A stretch of 64,000 nt of DNA from an uncultured delta proteobacterium. Lineage in GTDB: Bacteria; Desulfobacterota; Desulfobacteria; Desulfobacterales; Desulfosarcinaceae. Under the pieces are notes generated by a model. The model had not been told where the DNA came from, did not search any database, and saw only the letters and a program-made list of their open reading frames with translations. Location of the stretch: positions 269,645 to 333,644 of the forward strand of contig CAVOIA010000006.1 of assembly GCA_963695845.1 (NCBI GenBank). Direction: 5' to 3'. The number at the start of each line of letters is the position of its first letter. Positions within the stretch are counted from its first letter, which is position 1. The position numbers and the translations under genes were made by a program. Positions 20,049 through 29,063 of this stretch are shown piece by piece.

Positions 20049-20288
20049 ATGGAATACGAAGAGGCAAAAAAGCTGATCGTTGACGGACTGACCAAAAAGC
20101 AAAAAACCAAGAGCAAGTTCTACTTCAACGATCTGTCCAAGATCCTGGACATGAAGCCCCGCGAGGCCAAGAAGATCGTCAACCAGCTCGTTCAGGACAG
20201 GGTGTTGGAGTACTGGTCTTCCGGATCCACCTCCATGTACGGCCTGCCCGGCACCGGCAAGCAGGCTGGGGCCGAACACGAAGACTAA
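20049..20288 (+). CDS. dsrD: DsrD (small winged-helix protein of the dsr operon)
   Basis: 79 aa. KSKFYFNDLSKIL...REAKKIVNQLVQDRVLEYWSSGSTSMYGLPGTGKQ matches the conserved DsrD sequence. Confidence 0.95.
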   Translation: MEYEEAKKLIVDGLTKKQKTKSKFYFNDLSKILDMKPREAKKIVNQLVQDRVLEYWSSGSTSMYGLPGTGKQAGAEHED

Positions 20289-20327
20289 ACGGGAACCGCG
20301 GCGGACTGCCGCCGCCATGAAAACCTT

Positions 20328-21761
20328 TTGAAACAGGCGTCCGCCAGGCAGCAACTCCAACCTACCCCGGGCATCGTTGTCGCCGCCTTGAGGGGCGGCT
20401 CGGGAAAGACCATTTTCTCGGTCGGCATCATCGCCGCGTTGCGGAGCCTGGGCAGAACCACCGCACCTTTCAAAAAAGGCCCGGATTATATCGATGCCGG
20501 CTGGCTTGCCCTGGCGGCCGGCCGGCCCTGCTACAATCTGGACACCTTTCTGATCGAGCGCGACGCCATCCTCGGCTCGTACCACACCCACACCCAACAA
20601 GCCGATGTTGCAGTTATCGAAGGCAACCGCGGTCTCTATGACTGCATCGACACCAAGGGCGACACCAGCACCGCCGAACTGGCCAAGCTGTTGGGCCTGC
20701 CGGTGGTGTTGTGCCTCGACGCCACCAAAACCACCCGCACCATGGCGGCGGTGGTGGCCGGCCTGGCCGCTTTCGACCCGGCGGTGCGCATCGGCGGGGT
20801 GGTGCTGAACCGGGTGGCCGGCAAGCGGCACCAGTCCATTTTGACCCGAAGCATCGAAGAATACACGGGCATCCCGGTCCTGGGGGCGGTGCCCAAACTG
20901 AGGGAGCAGCGCTTCCCCGAACGCCACATGGGGCTGGTGCCCACCCCCGAGCACCAATGGGCCCAGCCCGCCATCGACGCCATCCGATCGGTCGCAGAGG
21001 CGCATTTGGACCTGGCGCGCATCCAGGAGCTGGCCGCCACGGCCCAGCCGGTCGAACCAATCGATCCAACCAACGCAACGCCACGGGTTGCCAGCGCTGC
21101 CCCCCCCCCCACCATCGGCGTTTTGCGCGACGCCGCCTTTCAATTCTATTACCCTGAAAACCTGGAAGCCCTGCAAGCCGCGGGTGCCCAGCTGGTCTTT
21201 ACCAGCCCCCTGAGCGACCGGCACCTGCCGGAGGTCGACGCCCTTTACATCGGCGGGGGATTTCCGGAAACCCACGCGCGAGAGCTGGATCGCAACGCGG
21301 ACTACCGCAACGAAATAAAGCTGATGGCGCAAAATGGCCTGCCCATCTACGCCGAGTGCGGCGGGCTCATGTACCTGGGCGAAGCCCTGCACCTGGAGGA
21401 GGGCGACTTCCAAATGGCCGGGGTTTTACCGGTGGTGTTCGGTTTTTCCAAACGTCCGCAGGGGCACGGCTACACCATCGTGCGCGTGGAGCGCGACAAC
21501 CCCTATTTTGCCAAGGGAGCCATGCTGCTGGGCCACGAGTTTCACTACTCCACCGTAAAAGCCTGGAACGGCACGGATGCCAAACTGGCCTTTAGCATGC
21601 AGCGCGGCGTCGGGTTTCGGGATGGCTGGGACGGTGTCTGCGTCAACAACGTTCTGGCCACCTATACGCACATTCACGCTTTGGGGACGCCGAAGTGGGC
21701 GGTTGCGCTGGTCGATCAGGCCAATCGATTCAGGAAAGCGCTGTCTGTCAATGAGGATTGA
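20328..21761 (+). CDS. dsrN: cobyrinic acid a,c-diamide synthase family protein (DsrN-type sirohaem amidase)
   Basis: P-loop AALRGGSGKTIFSVG, KKGPDYID, and a C-terminal glutamine-amidotransferase domain (YAECGGLMYL, GHEFHYS). It has a TTG start and sits downstream of dsrD. Confidence 0.9.
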   Translation: MKQASARQQLQPTPGIVVAALRGGSGKTIFSVGIIAALRSLGRTTAPFKKGPDYIDAGWLALAAGRPCYNLDTFLIERDAILGSYHTHTQQADVAVIEGNRGLYDCIDTKGDTSTAELAKLLGLPVVLCLDATKTTRTMAAVVAGLAAFDPAVRIGGVVLNRVAGKRHQSILTRSIEEYTGIPVLGAVPKLREQRFPERHMGLVPTPEHQWAQPAIDAIRSVAEAHLDLARIQELAATAQPVEPIDPTNATPRVASAAPPPTIGVLRDAAFQFYYPENLEALQAAGAQLVFTSPLSDRHLPEVDALYIGGGFPETHARELDRNADYRNEIKLMAQNGLPIYAECGGLMYLGEALHLEEGDFQMAGVLPVVFGFSKRPQGHGYTIVRVERDNPYFAKGAMLLGHEFHYSTVKAWNGTDAKLAFSMQRGVGFRDGWDGVCVNNVLATYTHIHALGTPKWAVALVDQANRFRKALSVNED

Positions 21762-22210
21762 ACGCCTTCAACGGGTTCTGGTGCTTTCCATAAGTCTTTG
21801 GCAATCAAAAATGCCGATTTGAAATCGCAGCGCTTGAACTCAAGTCCATTTCAGGCAGATTTTCAAAATACCGTTCTTGGTTTCAATGACATACCAATAA
21901 GCACAGGCGGGACTGTTTTGCCGAAATGCCACCGGGCTGACTTCACGGATGCCCTCCTCACTCAAGTTCGGAACGATATCAACACTAATTCATTGCCTGT
22001 CGCTTTGCTTGCGTGAAGCTCTTTTTGATCAATGGGTTCTACCCAGAGGATTTTGCCTTCTTTCAGATATAACCTCATTTCCATAATTTCCGCACCGTCA
22101 CTCGTCTCCTTGGCTTTTGCCTCCTCTTTCTTAGCAGCATTTGTTCATTATACCGTCATTTGTCGTCTCCTTTCAAGTTGGGGTTATGGCGACGCGAATT
22201 GAAAATTCAT

Positions 22211-24073
22211 TCAGAAGCTGAGTGTTAATCGGCCAAGTATCAGCCGTTCAGGGTAAATGGTGGGATTGGCCGGGTCGGTGTCCTGGAAGTTGAATTCTTC
22301 ATCAAAAAGGTTTTTGACTTCAACGGTCAGCAACCCAAAGCGTTTCGGCAATCGATACCCCACAGCGGCATCGACGACCCAAAAGTGATCGCTGCCGTCC
22401 CATGTCAGCATTCCACCCGAGCCCCAGAACTCTCCGCGTTGATCTGCATGGATCGCCTTTATACGGGCGAAGATTCCTGTTGGATGGAAAAAGCTGCCAC
22501 CCAGCCCCAGCCGGTGGGTCGTCAGCGTCTTGATTCTATCAATACTGGTATATTCATCGCCTCGATCCCAATCTTCAAATATATAATCAAAGCTGCCCAC
22601 CACCCACGGGTGGGGTGTCCAGTAAAGATACGCGCGACCGAGGCGTTCATTCCAATCGCTGCGGCGCACGTCGATAGGGGGTGCGTTGATCTCCTTGTAG
22701 GGGATATCCAAATCTCGCAACATCAATTCGACGCCCCCATAGACATCGGTGCTAAAGCGTTGATCCACCGCCCCACCGTAGGACCAGATATCCGCTCCGG
22801 GCGTATCCCTGAAGAACTGATTAAAGCCGGCCACCTGTGTGGGTTCCACCGTTTGGTCATTGAGCAGCGTTCGTGTCAGCACGCGAAAAGCGGCGCCTCT
22901 GACGGTTGTTCGATTAAACGGCTGCCATGTCAGGCCCAATTTGGGATTGATCTGCTCTGCATCCACGATGTCTTTGGAGAAGTCATCATAACTGATACCG
23001 GCATTGACGACCAGGTTGTCCAGAGCTTGGACCTGCGAGTAGACATAGACATTGCCGTGACGAATATCCGCATCATCATTCAGCGTACCATCGTTATCAC
23101 CCGGCGGGTCGCTTGCAATAACTATCGTGCCCTTGAAATCCCCATCCACGATCCCGCCACCGGTCACCAGATTAAAACGGTGCCGTTGGTAAAGGTGCTG
23201 AAGCTCGACGCTGTAGCCGTCTGTTTCTTCATTATTTTCGATGCTGGTGTTGATGTCAAAACGAACGTCTACCGGGGGCGGGATATAAACCGTCTGGGAT
23301 ATATGGTCATAACGCGCTTCATCCTCCTTTTTCCCAATGAAGGATGCAATGAGCTCCGAACCCGGAGAAAATGCATAACGCCCCCCCAGTCGATAGCTGT
23401 TTACATCCAGGCTCTTTTTCGCGTTGGGTTGGAATTGTTCCGGGTCGAAAAGCATTTCCAGATCACCACTTTCGGTATCCCGGGAGCGCACTTCGGCCTG
23501 AATGCTGGCCTTGGATGTCAGGCTGGCCTGGACAAAAGCATTGTAGATGTTTTGCTTGAGGCCATTGTTTTCTCGAAAACCATCCGTCTCCTGATGGAAC
23601 TGGCCAAGGCTGAATGACAACCGATCATACACGCCGGAAAGGACCAGCTCGTTACCCCAGGTGCTGTTTTCACCGGCCACGCCACTGGCCTGCAAGGCAG
23701 CCCGGTTGCGCTCAAACAAGGAATTGAACTCGTTGAACGACGGGCTTATCGGACCGGAGCCCTGGAAAACGCCCAAATGACTCTCTGCCTGATTGGGTCC
23801 GACCGGATTGATGTTGATGGGCTGCAGCAGCTGTGCCTGAAGCAGCTCGCTGACCCGGGCGATTTCGTGTCGCGGCAGGACCGAATAGGAGTCGGCTAAA
23901 AACCGGTGCGCCGAAAAGTTGCTCGGATCGGTGTTCAGGGATTTCCATCCTTCAACCAGAGCCAGTTGTTGAAAACCAAGATCGCTGTAAATCCTTGCTA
24001 ACCCGGCACTTCTGGCCGCCAGGTCTTCATCCAGTAGCAGTCGAGATCGGTAGACGGCGCGGTTGTCATTCAA
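22211..24073 (-). CDS. TPR segment plus outer-membrane beta-barrel; in frame with the upstream ORF across a single TAG (split gene, pseudogene or read-through product)
   Basis: The C-terminus ...LILGRLTLSF ends in Phe and is preceded by alternating beta-strand patterns (FWVVDAAVGYRLPKRFGLLTVEVKNLFDEEF). The N-terminus is TPR-like with no signal peptide, no ATG in the first ~200 codons and no SD. The ORF-track start is a TTG. Confidence 0.6.
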   Translation of the reverse strand: MNDNRAVYRSRLLLDEDLAARSAGLARIYSDLGFQQLALVEGWKSLNTDPSNFSAHRFLADSYSVLPRHEIARVSELLQAQLLQPININPVGPNQAESHLGVFQGSGPISPSFNEFNSLFERNRAALQASGVAGENSTWGNELVLSGVYDRLSFSLGQFHQETDGFRENNGLKQNIYNAFVQASLTSKASIQAEVRSRDTESGDLEMLFDPEQFQPNAKKSLDVNSYRLGGRYAFSPGSELIASFIGKKEDEARYDHISQTVYIPPPVDVRFDINTSIENNEETDGYSVELQHLYQRHRFNLVTGGGIVDGDFKGTIVIASDPPGDNDGTLNDDADIRHGNVYVYSQVQALDNLVVNAGISYDDFSKDIVDAEQINPKLGLTWQPFNRTTVRGAAFRVLTRTLLNDQTVEPTQVAGFNQFFRDTPGADIWSYGGAVDQRFSTDVYGGVELMLRDLDIPYKEINAPPIDVRRSDWNERLGRAYLYWTPHPWVVGSFDYIFEDWDRGDEYTSIDRIKTLTTHRLGLGGSFFHPTGIFARIKAIHADQRGEFWGSGGMLTWDGSDHFWVVDAAVGYRLPKRFGLLTVEVKNLFDEEFNFQDTDPANPTIYPERLILGRLTLSF

Positions 24074-24085
24074 CGCGATGGAATG

Positions 24086-25669
24086 CTACAACGCTTCCAG
24101 GGCCTCCACCGGGCGGTTGATGGACTGCTTGCGGATCGCATCGTAAAACCAGGGTGTCGGGTCGGCTGGATCCAGCGCCTTGGCCGTCGTCAGCTGCCCT
24201 GCGGCCGGATCGTCGCGCTTCTCCTCGAAGTAGGCCTTGCCCAGGTAGCTGCGGATCAGAGCGTTGCCCGGATTGAGCGAGGCGGCGATCTCGATCTGGC
24301 CCCGACCCTCGGCCAGCTGGCCGCTGCGAATCTCGGCCAGACCCAGGCCCAGGCGTGCCAACGGCGCCGCCGAATCGATGGCAATGGCATCGCTGAAGGC
24401 CTGTATGGCATCCTCGATCCTGATCTGGGCCAAATGGGCGAAGCCCAGGACGCTCAGGGTGTGTGCCAGCTCGGGCCGGAGCGTGCTCGCCCGCCGGGCC
24501 GCCGACAAAGCCTGGGTGCGGTACCCGACCGACAGGTAGAGTTCCGCCAGCCGGGCCCAGGCCAGGGCGTTGCCCGGTTCGTTTCGCGTGGCCGCTGTGG
24601 CGGCGCCCACGGCGGCATCCAAGTTGAAGTGGGCCTGTTGGACATAGGAACTGGCGATGTGCGCGGCACTGCCCGCCCCTGGCTGGACCAGGGCTTGATC
24701 GACCCGTTCGCGCGCCTCTGCTTTCCGGTTCTGCACCAGCAGCATCGCCGCCAGCAACGCCAGAGCATCGCTACGCTGATCATCGGATGACAGGGCCTTT
24801 TGGAGGTCGCTCACGGCTTCGTCGGCACGGCCCACCGTCAGGCCCAGGGCGGCCCGGTAGAGCAACCAGCGCGCATCGACCACCGTTTCCGAAACACGCC
24901 CAAGCTGGGCAAAAGCGGTGTTCAAATCGTTCCGGCGCCAGGCCGCCACCGATTGCCGGGCCGCCGCGCACCAGTCGTCGCCGCAGTCGAAGTCATCGGG
25001 ATTGAAATCGACAATCGCCGGGTAGTAGAGCGTCCAATTGACCGCATCGCGCGGCCGCACCACCGCCATCGCCACCGGCGGCGTTTGGGCGGCCGCAGCC
25101 ACGGCCTGGCCCTTCTCCAGGTAAACGGTACCCTGGGTGTTGAAAACCTTCAGGCGCCCTTCGAACAGGACAATGGTAGATTGGTCATTGTCCACGCGGA
25201 CAAAAAATTCGGTCCCTTCCACGGTGCCATTGACAAATGGCGTCACCAGTTGCAGGCTGCGGTGCACCCGGCTGAAAAAGTGCACCGCACCGTTGATCAG
25301 TTCGATCAGAAATGGCTGCCGCGGTTCGGCCTCGCTGAATACCAGGGTTGACTGCTGGTCAACTCTCAGGGTGCTCTGGTTGGTCAGCACAAATCCCGCC
25401 CGGCTGTTGGGGCCCACCTTGATCACATCGCCGGCATGAAATCGGTCATTCAGGCGCACGACCCGCCACGGCTGCGTCCCCTGCCTGCGCACCTTGACCT
25501 CACCCTGGATGGAAACAACCGTCGCCACCCAATTTTCACCGGGTCCGGCCGCGGCTGCCGGCGGCCCGCCGGCCAATAAAATACCGACCGCCGCCATCAG
25601 TGCGGTGGCAACCCACCGCCTGCGCCGTGGATCGTTTTCAGCCGCTGTGACCATCTGATGCCCTTTCAT
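24086..25669 (-). CDS. FecR-domain plus TPR-repeat periplasmic protein
   Basis: N-terminal RRRRWVATALMAAVGILLAGGPPAAAAG (signal or anchor), a FecR-like beta domain (VVSIQGEVKVRRQGTQPWRVVRLNDRFHAGDVIKVGPNSRAGFVL) and then multiple TPR repeats. The ATG at 25669-25667 overlaps the cyclase stop (ATGA). Confidence 0.8.
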   Translation of the reverse strand: MKGHQMVTAAENDPRRRRWVATALMAAVGILLAGGPPAAAAGPGENWVATVVSIQGEVKVRRQGTQPWRVVRLNDRFHAGDVIKVGPNSRAGFVLTNQSTLRVDQQSTLVFSEAEPRQPFLIELINGAVHFFSRVHRSLQLVTPFVNGTVEGTEFFVRVDNDQSTIVLFEGRLKVFNTQGTVYLEKGQAVAAAAQTPPVAMAVVRPRDAVNWTLYYPAIVDFNPDDFDCGDDWCAAARQSVAAWRRNDLNTAFAQLGRVSETVVDARWLLYRAALGLTVGRADEAVSDLQKALSSDDQRSDALALLAAMLLVQNRKAEARERVDQALVQPGAGSAAHIASSYVQQAHFNLDAAVGAATAATRNEPGNALAWARLAELYLSVGYRTQALSAARRASTLRPELAHTLSVLGFAHLAQIRIEDAIQAFSDAIAIDSAAPLARLGLGLAEIRSGQLAEGRGQIEIAASLNPGNALIRSYLGKAYFEEKRDDPAAGQLTTAKALDPADPTPWFYDAIRKQSINRPVEALEAL

Positions 25670-27936
25670 TTGGCGTCCATCAGGACCAGGCCATCCCAAC
25701 CCTCGGCGGGCGGATTTTGCTTGAGGCGCTCGCAAAGCCGCTTGAAAAAGATTGACGGCCCGTCGGCGCGATAAACGGACAAGGTTCGATCAAAGGCGTC
25801 GATGGCCTCGTCCCAGCGTTGGCGATGGTAGGCACGCAGGCCCGCCTCGAAGTGCCGGCACAGCTCATGTTGGTCGTCGCCGATTTCGCTGGCATGGCCC
25901 AGCAGCTCGTGCAAAACGACGGCGTTGGTTTTGCCAAACGGCAGAAATCGACCCAGCCGGCGGGTCGCAAACCCCTCTAAACGGTGCAGCACCTGATCGG
26001 AAACCAGCGTCTGGGTGCCCAGATAGCGGTTTATGCCTTCGATGCGCGAGGCGGTGTTGACGATATCCCCCACCGGGCGATACTCGTAATGGTCGACGGC
26101 GCCGATGTTGCCGACCAGGATGTGCCCGGCATGCATGCCGATGCGGGTGGACAGCTTGAATTGGGGATTTTCGCGGTTGAAGGCTCGTATCGCCCGGGCA
26201 ACGCCGATGGCGGCCTCGCAGGCTGCTGATCTGAGGGTTGCATCCGGTTTGGATTTGGCCCAGATGGCCATCATGGCGTCACCCACCACATCCGAAATAA
26301 TGCCCCCGCTCGTTCTGACCGGAACAAATAGCTTGGCGTAGTAGCGGTTCATCAGCTGGCTCAGGGCCTTGGGGTCCATCGACTCGGACAGCGCGGCATA
26401 CTGCTGGGCATCGGTGTACAGACAGATGCCGTAAAGGACCTGGCTGTTTGCATCCAGATCGCCCAGGTTTTCGGCCAGCTGATCAATCACCGCATCGGGC
26501 AGATAGTAGCCGAAGGCCTTGCGGATGGTTTCACGCTCCTTTTTGACAACGCAGTAGCGGCACACGACGGTTCCGACCAGGGCCAGGGGCGTCAGTAAAA
26601 AAATCGGCACGACGACCGGCAGCCAGATGGCCCAGATGTTAAAACTCAACACCGCCGCGGCGAGGTAGGCTGCGGCGATGAAAGTGACAGCGAGCGCCGC
26701 GGCGCCCATGGGCAGGGCGCAACAGGCCGCACCCAGCAGGCATCCGAAGGCAAAAACAGTCAGACGGTGCAACGGCCATTGAAGGGGGTTCAGGGGTCGG
26801 TCTTCCAGCAGATTGGCAAATGCGGTGGCTGCAACCTCCACACCGCTGATGTCGACGCCGTCCTTTTGAGAAAAAACCGTGTGGTATCCGTCCTGCCGCT
26901 GGGGTCGCAGGTTCTCGGAAAGCCCCACGAAAACGACCTTGCCGTTCAACTCGGCGGATATCGTGGTGCCTGCGGTGGCCGGGGTTGCACTCGACGGGGC
27001 CTCGAGGAACTCGTGGTACGAGTGCGTATCGATGGTTCCGGCCGGTCCGTAAAAATTCAGGTAGCGGCTGTCGCTGCCCTGTAACACGCGAATCAGGCAA
27101 CGCAGGATGTGGTGCTCATCCAGAATGCCGTCGCGGCCGTCATCCGGCCCGAGCCGATCGAGCATCCTGTCGGCGAGCGAGGGGTCGAGGTTGAATGTTT
27201 CCCGGAAGGCGATCAGCGCTTGTTCGACACCGCCCCGGGCCATCAGCGGTCCCCACAGCGCCGGAAGGGCCGGTTCAGGGTGGCTGTGCACCTGGGAGAA
27301 ACCGTGAACAAACGACGCATAGTGCGGCGATGCATAGATGAAAAAGGCCACTACCGGCAGGGTCGGCAAGTTGCCCGCGCCGGCTTTGAACATCCAGAAC
27401 TGGCTGAGCTGGACGGGCACCTTGGGCAGCGGAAACGGCGCCATGGCCACCGCGGCCTTTGCCAGGACCGGTATCGGCGGGATCACGGTCTCGATGTTTA
27501 AATCGGCAAGGTATTTGCCGCTCGCATTGTTAATGGGAAGCTGCTCGCGCTGAATGGCAGCGCACAGGACCACCCGCTTGGAATCGGCCAGGGCCCGCGC
27601 CAGGGCCCTGTCCGCGGCGGGATCGTGATCCTCGTCGAACAGAATGTCGAACACGATCAACCTGACCCCCTTGCGGGTCAGCGTCTGCACCAGCTGGGCA
27701 TGCAGGGCCCGGGGCCATTTTTGAATTTTTCTGGAAAGGTCCAGCGACGCGATGGACTCGCGATCCATCGTGACAATCATCACCTCCGGCGGTGGTCGAC
27801 GGGGCCCCCTTAAATTGAAAAGCAGCCTCAGCCCGTAATGCTCCTGCAGGTCCAGGGATAAAGGCAGGATGGACAAGATGACGCCGAAACATCCGGCACC
27901 CAGGCCGATCCAAAATGTCTTGACGGATCGAGGCAT
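25666..27936 (-). CDS. CHASE2 sensor-domain class III adenylate/guanylate cyclase
   Basis: An N-terminal TM helix is followed by a CHASE2-like periplasmic domain (VMIVTMDRESI..., LIVFDILFDE) and a cluster of TM helices. The cyclase catalytic domain carries GDAMMAIW, RIGMHAGHILVGNIG and YRPVGDIVNTASRIEG. Confidence 0.9.
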   Translation of the reverse strand: MPRSVKTFWIGLGAGCFGVILSILPLSLDLQEHYGLRLLFNLRGPRRPPPEVMIVTMDRESIASLDLSRKIQKWPRALHAQLVQTLTRKGVRLIVFDILFDEDHDPAADRALARALADSKRVVLCAAIQREQLPINNASGKYLADLNIETVIPPIPVLAKAAVAMAPFPLPKVPVQLSQFWMFKAGAGNLPTLPVVAFFIYASPHYASFVHGFSQVHSHPEPALPALWGPLMARGGVEQALIAFRETFNLDPSLADRMLDRLGPDDGRDGILDEHHILRCLIRVLQGSDSRYLNFYGPAGTIDTHSYHEFLEAPSSATPATAGTTISAELNGKVVFVGLSENLRPQRQDGYHTVFSQKDGVDISGVEVAATAFANLLEDRPLNPLQWPLHRLTVFAFGCLLGAACCALPMGAAALAVTFIAAAYLAAAVLSFNIWAIWLPVVVPIFLLTPLALVGTVVCRYCVVKKERETIRKAFGYYLPDAVIDQLAENLGDLDANSQVLYGICLYTDAQQYAALSESMDPKALSQLMNRYYAKLFVPVRTSGGIISDVVGDAMMAIWAKSKPDATLRSAACEAAIGVARAIRAFNRENPQFKLSTRIGMHAGHILVGNIGAVDHYEYRPVGDIVNTASRIEGINRYLGTQTLVSDQVLHRLEGFATRRLGRFLPFGKTNAVVLHELLGHASEIGDDQHELCRHFEAGLRAYHRQRWDEAIDAFDRTLSVYRADGPSIFFKRLCERLKQNPPAEGWDGLVLMDAK

Positions 27937-28312
27937 GGCCTGTGCGTGAGCGATGGTTAGGTAAACGGGTCAAGGCCCGAAGGGCGTTCAAGCGCTGGGA
28001 GAACTACTGTCGGACAGCTTGCAAAAACGGTCAGAATCAACAGCTAGGTTGCGCAGGGGTCAGTGTCCGTCCAGAAACGATGCGTTGTGGTCGAGGTCAA
28101 GACGCGCGAAAAATTTCACCGGAGGCACAAGGTTGACATTCCGAGGCTAAAATTTTTCGGGCAACGACGATATCGGGCAGCATCACCGTTAATGGATGGG
28201 CACTATTTGATAAAAGCCTACCATCAACGGTGATGGCTGTCAATCCTGGGTGGCCGGCCAACGGTCGGGATCGAAGCCTGAAATCCAGCGGGGGCTGAAG
28301 GGGGGAGGGCAA

Positions 28313-28358
28313 CAAAAAAAAGCGGGACAACCCTCGCCGTTGGCGATGGCGTCCCGCT
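28313..28358 (-). terminator. intrinsic terminator downstream of the cytochrome c3 gene
   Basis: On the minus strand, AGCGGGAC...GTCCCGCT (28358-28351 pairs with 28328-28321) is followed by T8. Confidence 0.8.
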
Positions 28359-28386
28359 GAGTCGGTGGATCGAATCAATCAGGCGA

Positions 28387-28866
28387 TTACTCTTGCTTCG
28401 GATGGCACTTGGTGCATGTCGTCGGGGCGTCCTTGGTGTTGTTTTTCTTGTTGAACTCCTTGTGGCAGGAGATGCAGTTGCCGTGGATGGCCTCGGCGTG
28501 GAACTCCAGCTCCTTGGCGTCGATCTCTTTCTTCGATGCCCCGCTGGCCTTCATCTCTTTTTTCATTTCGCCGGGCATCTGACCGGGAATCTTGTGGCAC
28601 TCGATGCAGGATTTGACATCGTCGCCCATCTTCAGATCTTTCAACGGCTGGCCCTTGTCATCGTGATGGCACTCGCCGCAGCCGATCTGGTATTCTTCGT
28701 TGTGCTTTTTGTGGGTGAACTCGACGACCGCCTTGGTATGCTCCTGGTATGCCTTGTTCTGCATCTTGATGACGTCCTGGACCTCTGTTGCCGCATACAG
28801 AGTCCCGACGGTAAACAAGAAAGCCAAGCAAATCATCGACAGCACAATAACGTTTTTTCTACCCAT
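28387..28866 (-). CDS. tetrahaem cytochrome c (cytochrome c3 family), secreted
   Basis: Signal peptide MGRKNVIVLSMICLAFLFTVGTLYA and four CxxCH motifs (CGECH, CIECH, CISCH, CTKCH). Confidence 0.9.
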   Translation of the reverse strand: MGRKNVIVLSMICLAFLFTVGTLYAATEVQDVIKMQNKAYQEHTKAVVEFTHKKHNEEYQIGCGECHHDDKGQPLKDLKMGDDVKSCIECHKIPGQMPGEMKKEMKASGASKKEIDAKELEFHAEAIHGNCISCHKEFNKKNNTKDAPTTCTKCHPKQE

Positions 28867-29063
28867 AACCGCTACTCTCCTCTCCCATGATTGATTAACA
28901 ACCCAACGTGATGGTGATAAAAACCTCTATCAATCCTTACCGCTGCTGTCAATGGGAATCCCAAATTATTGTTTATAATGTATTTTCAGATAATTATTAA
29001 AAAGCTGCCCTGATCTCCGGCTGCAGGGGGCGCCGTTTTCCAAGGGGCCTTGCGAACGTGCCT

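Noticed and set aside
19971-21413. 480-aa minus-strand ORF opposite dsrD/dsrN
   Set aside because: It is antisense to two recognisable genes and spans their intergenic hairpin. Its composition is Gly/Arg/Ala-rich.
21798-22016. 72-aa plus-strand ORF in the AT-rich gap after dsrN
   Set aside because: It has no SD and no family resemblance, and it lies in a region where both strands show only broken frames. I discuss the region as a possible decayed element rather than annotating a gene.
22385-23617. 410-aa plus-strand ORF opposite the beta-barrel gene
   Set aside because: The minus-strand frame has the C-terminal Phe and beta-strand periodicity of an outer-membrane protein. The plus-strand translation has no features and many Ile/Arg runs.
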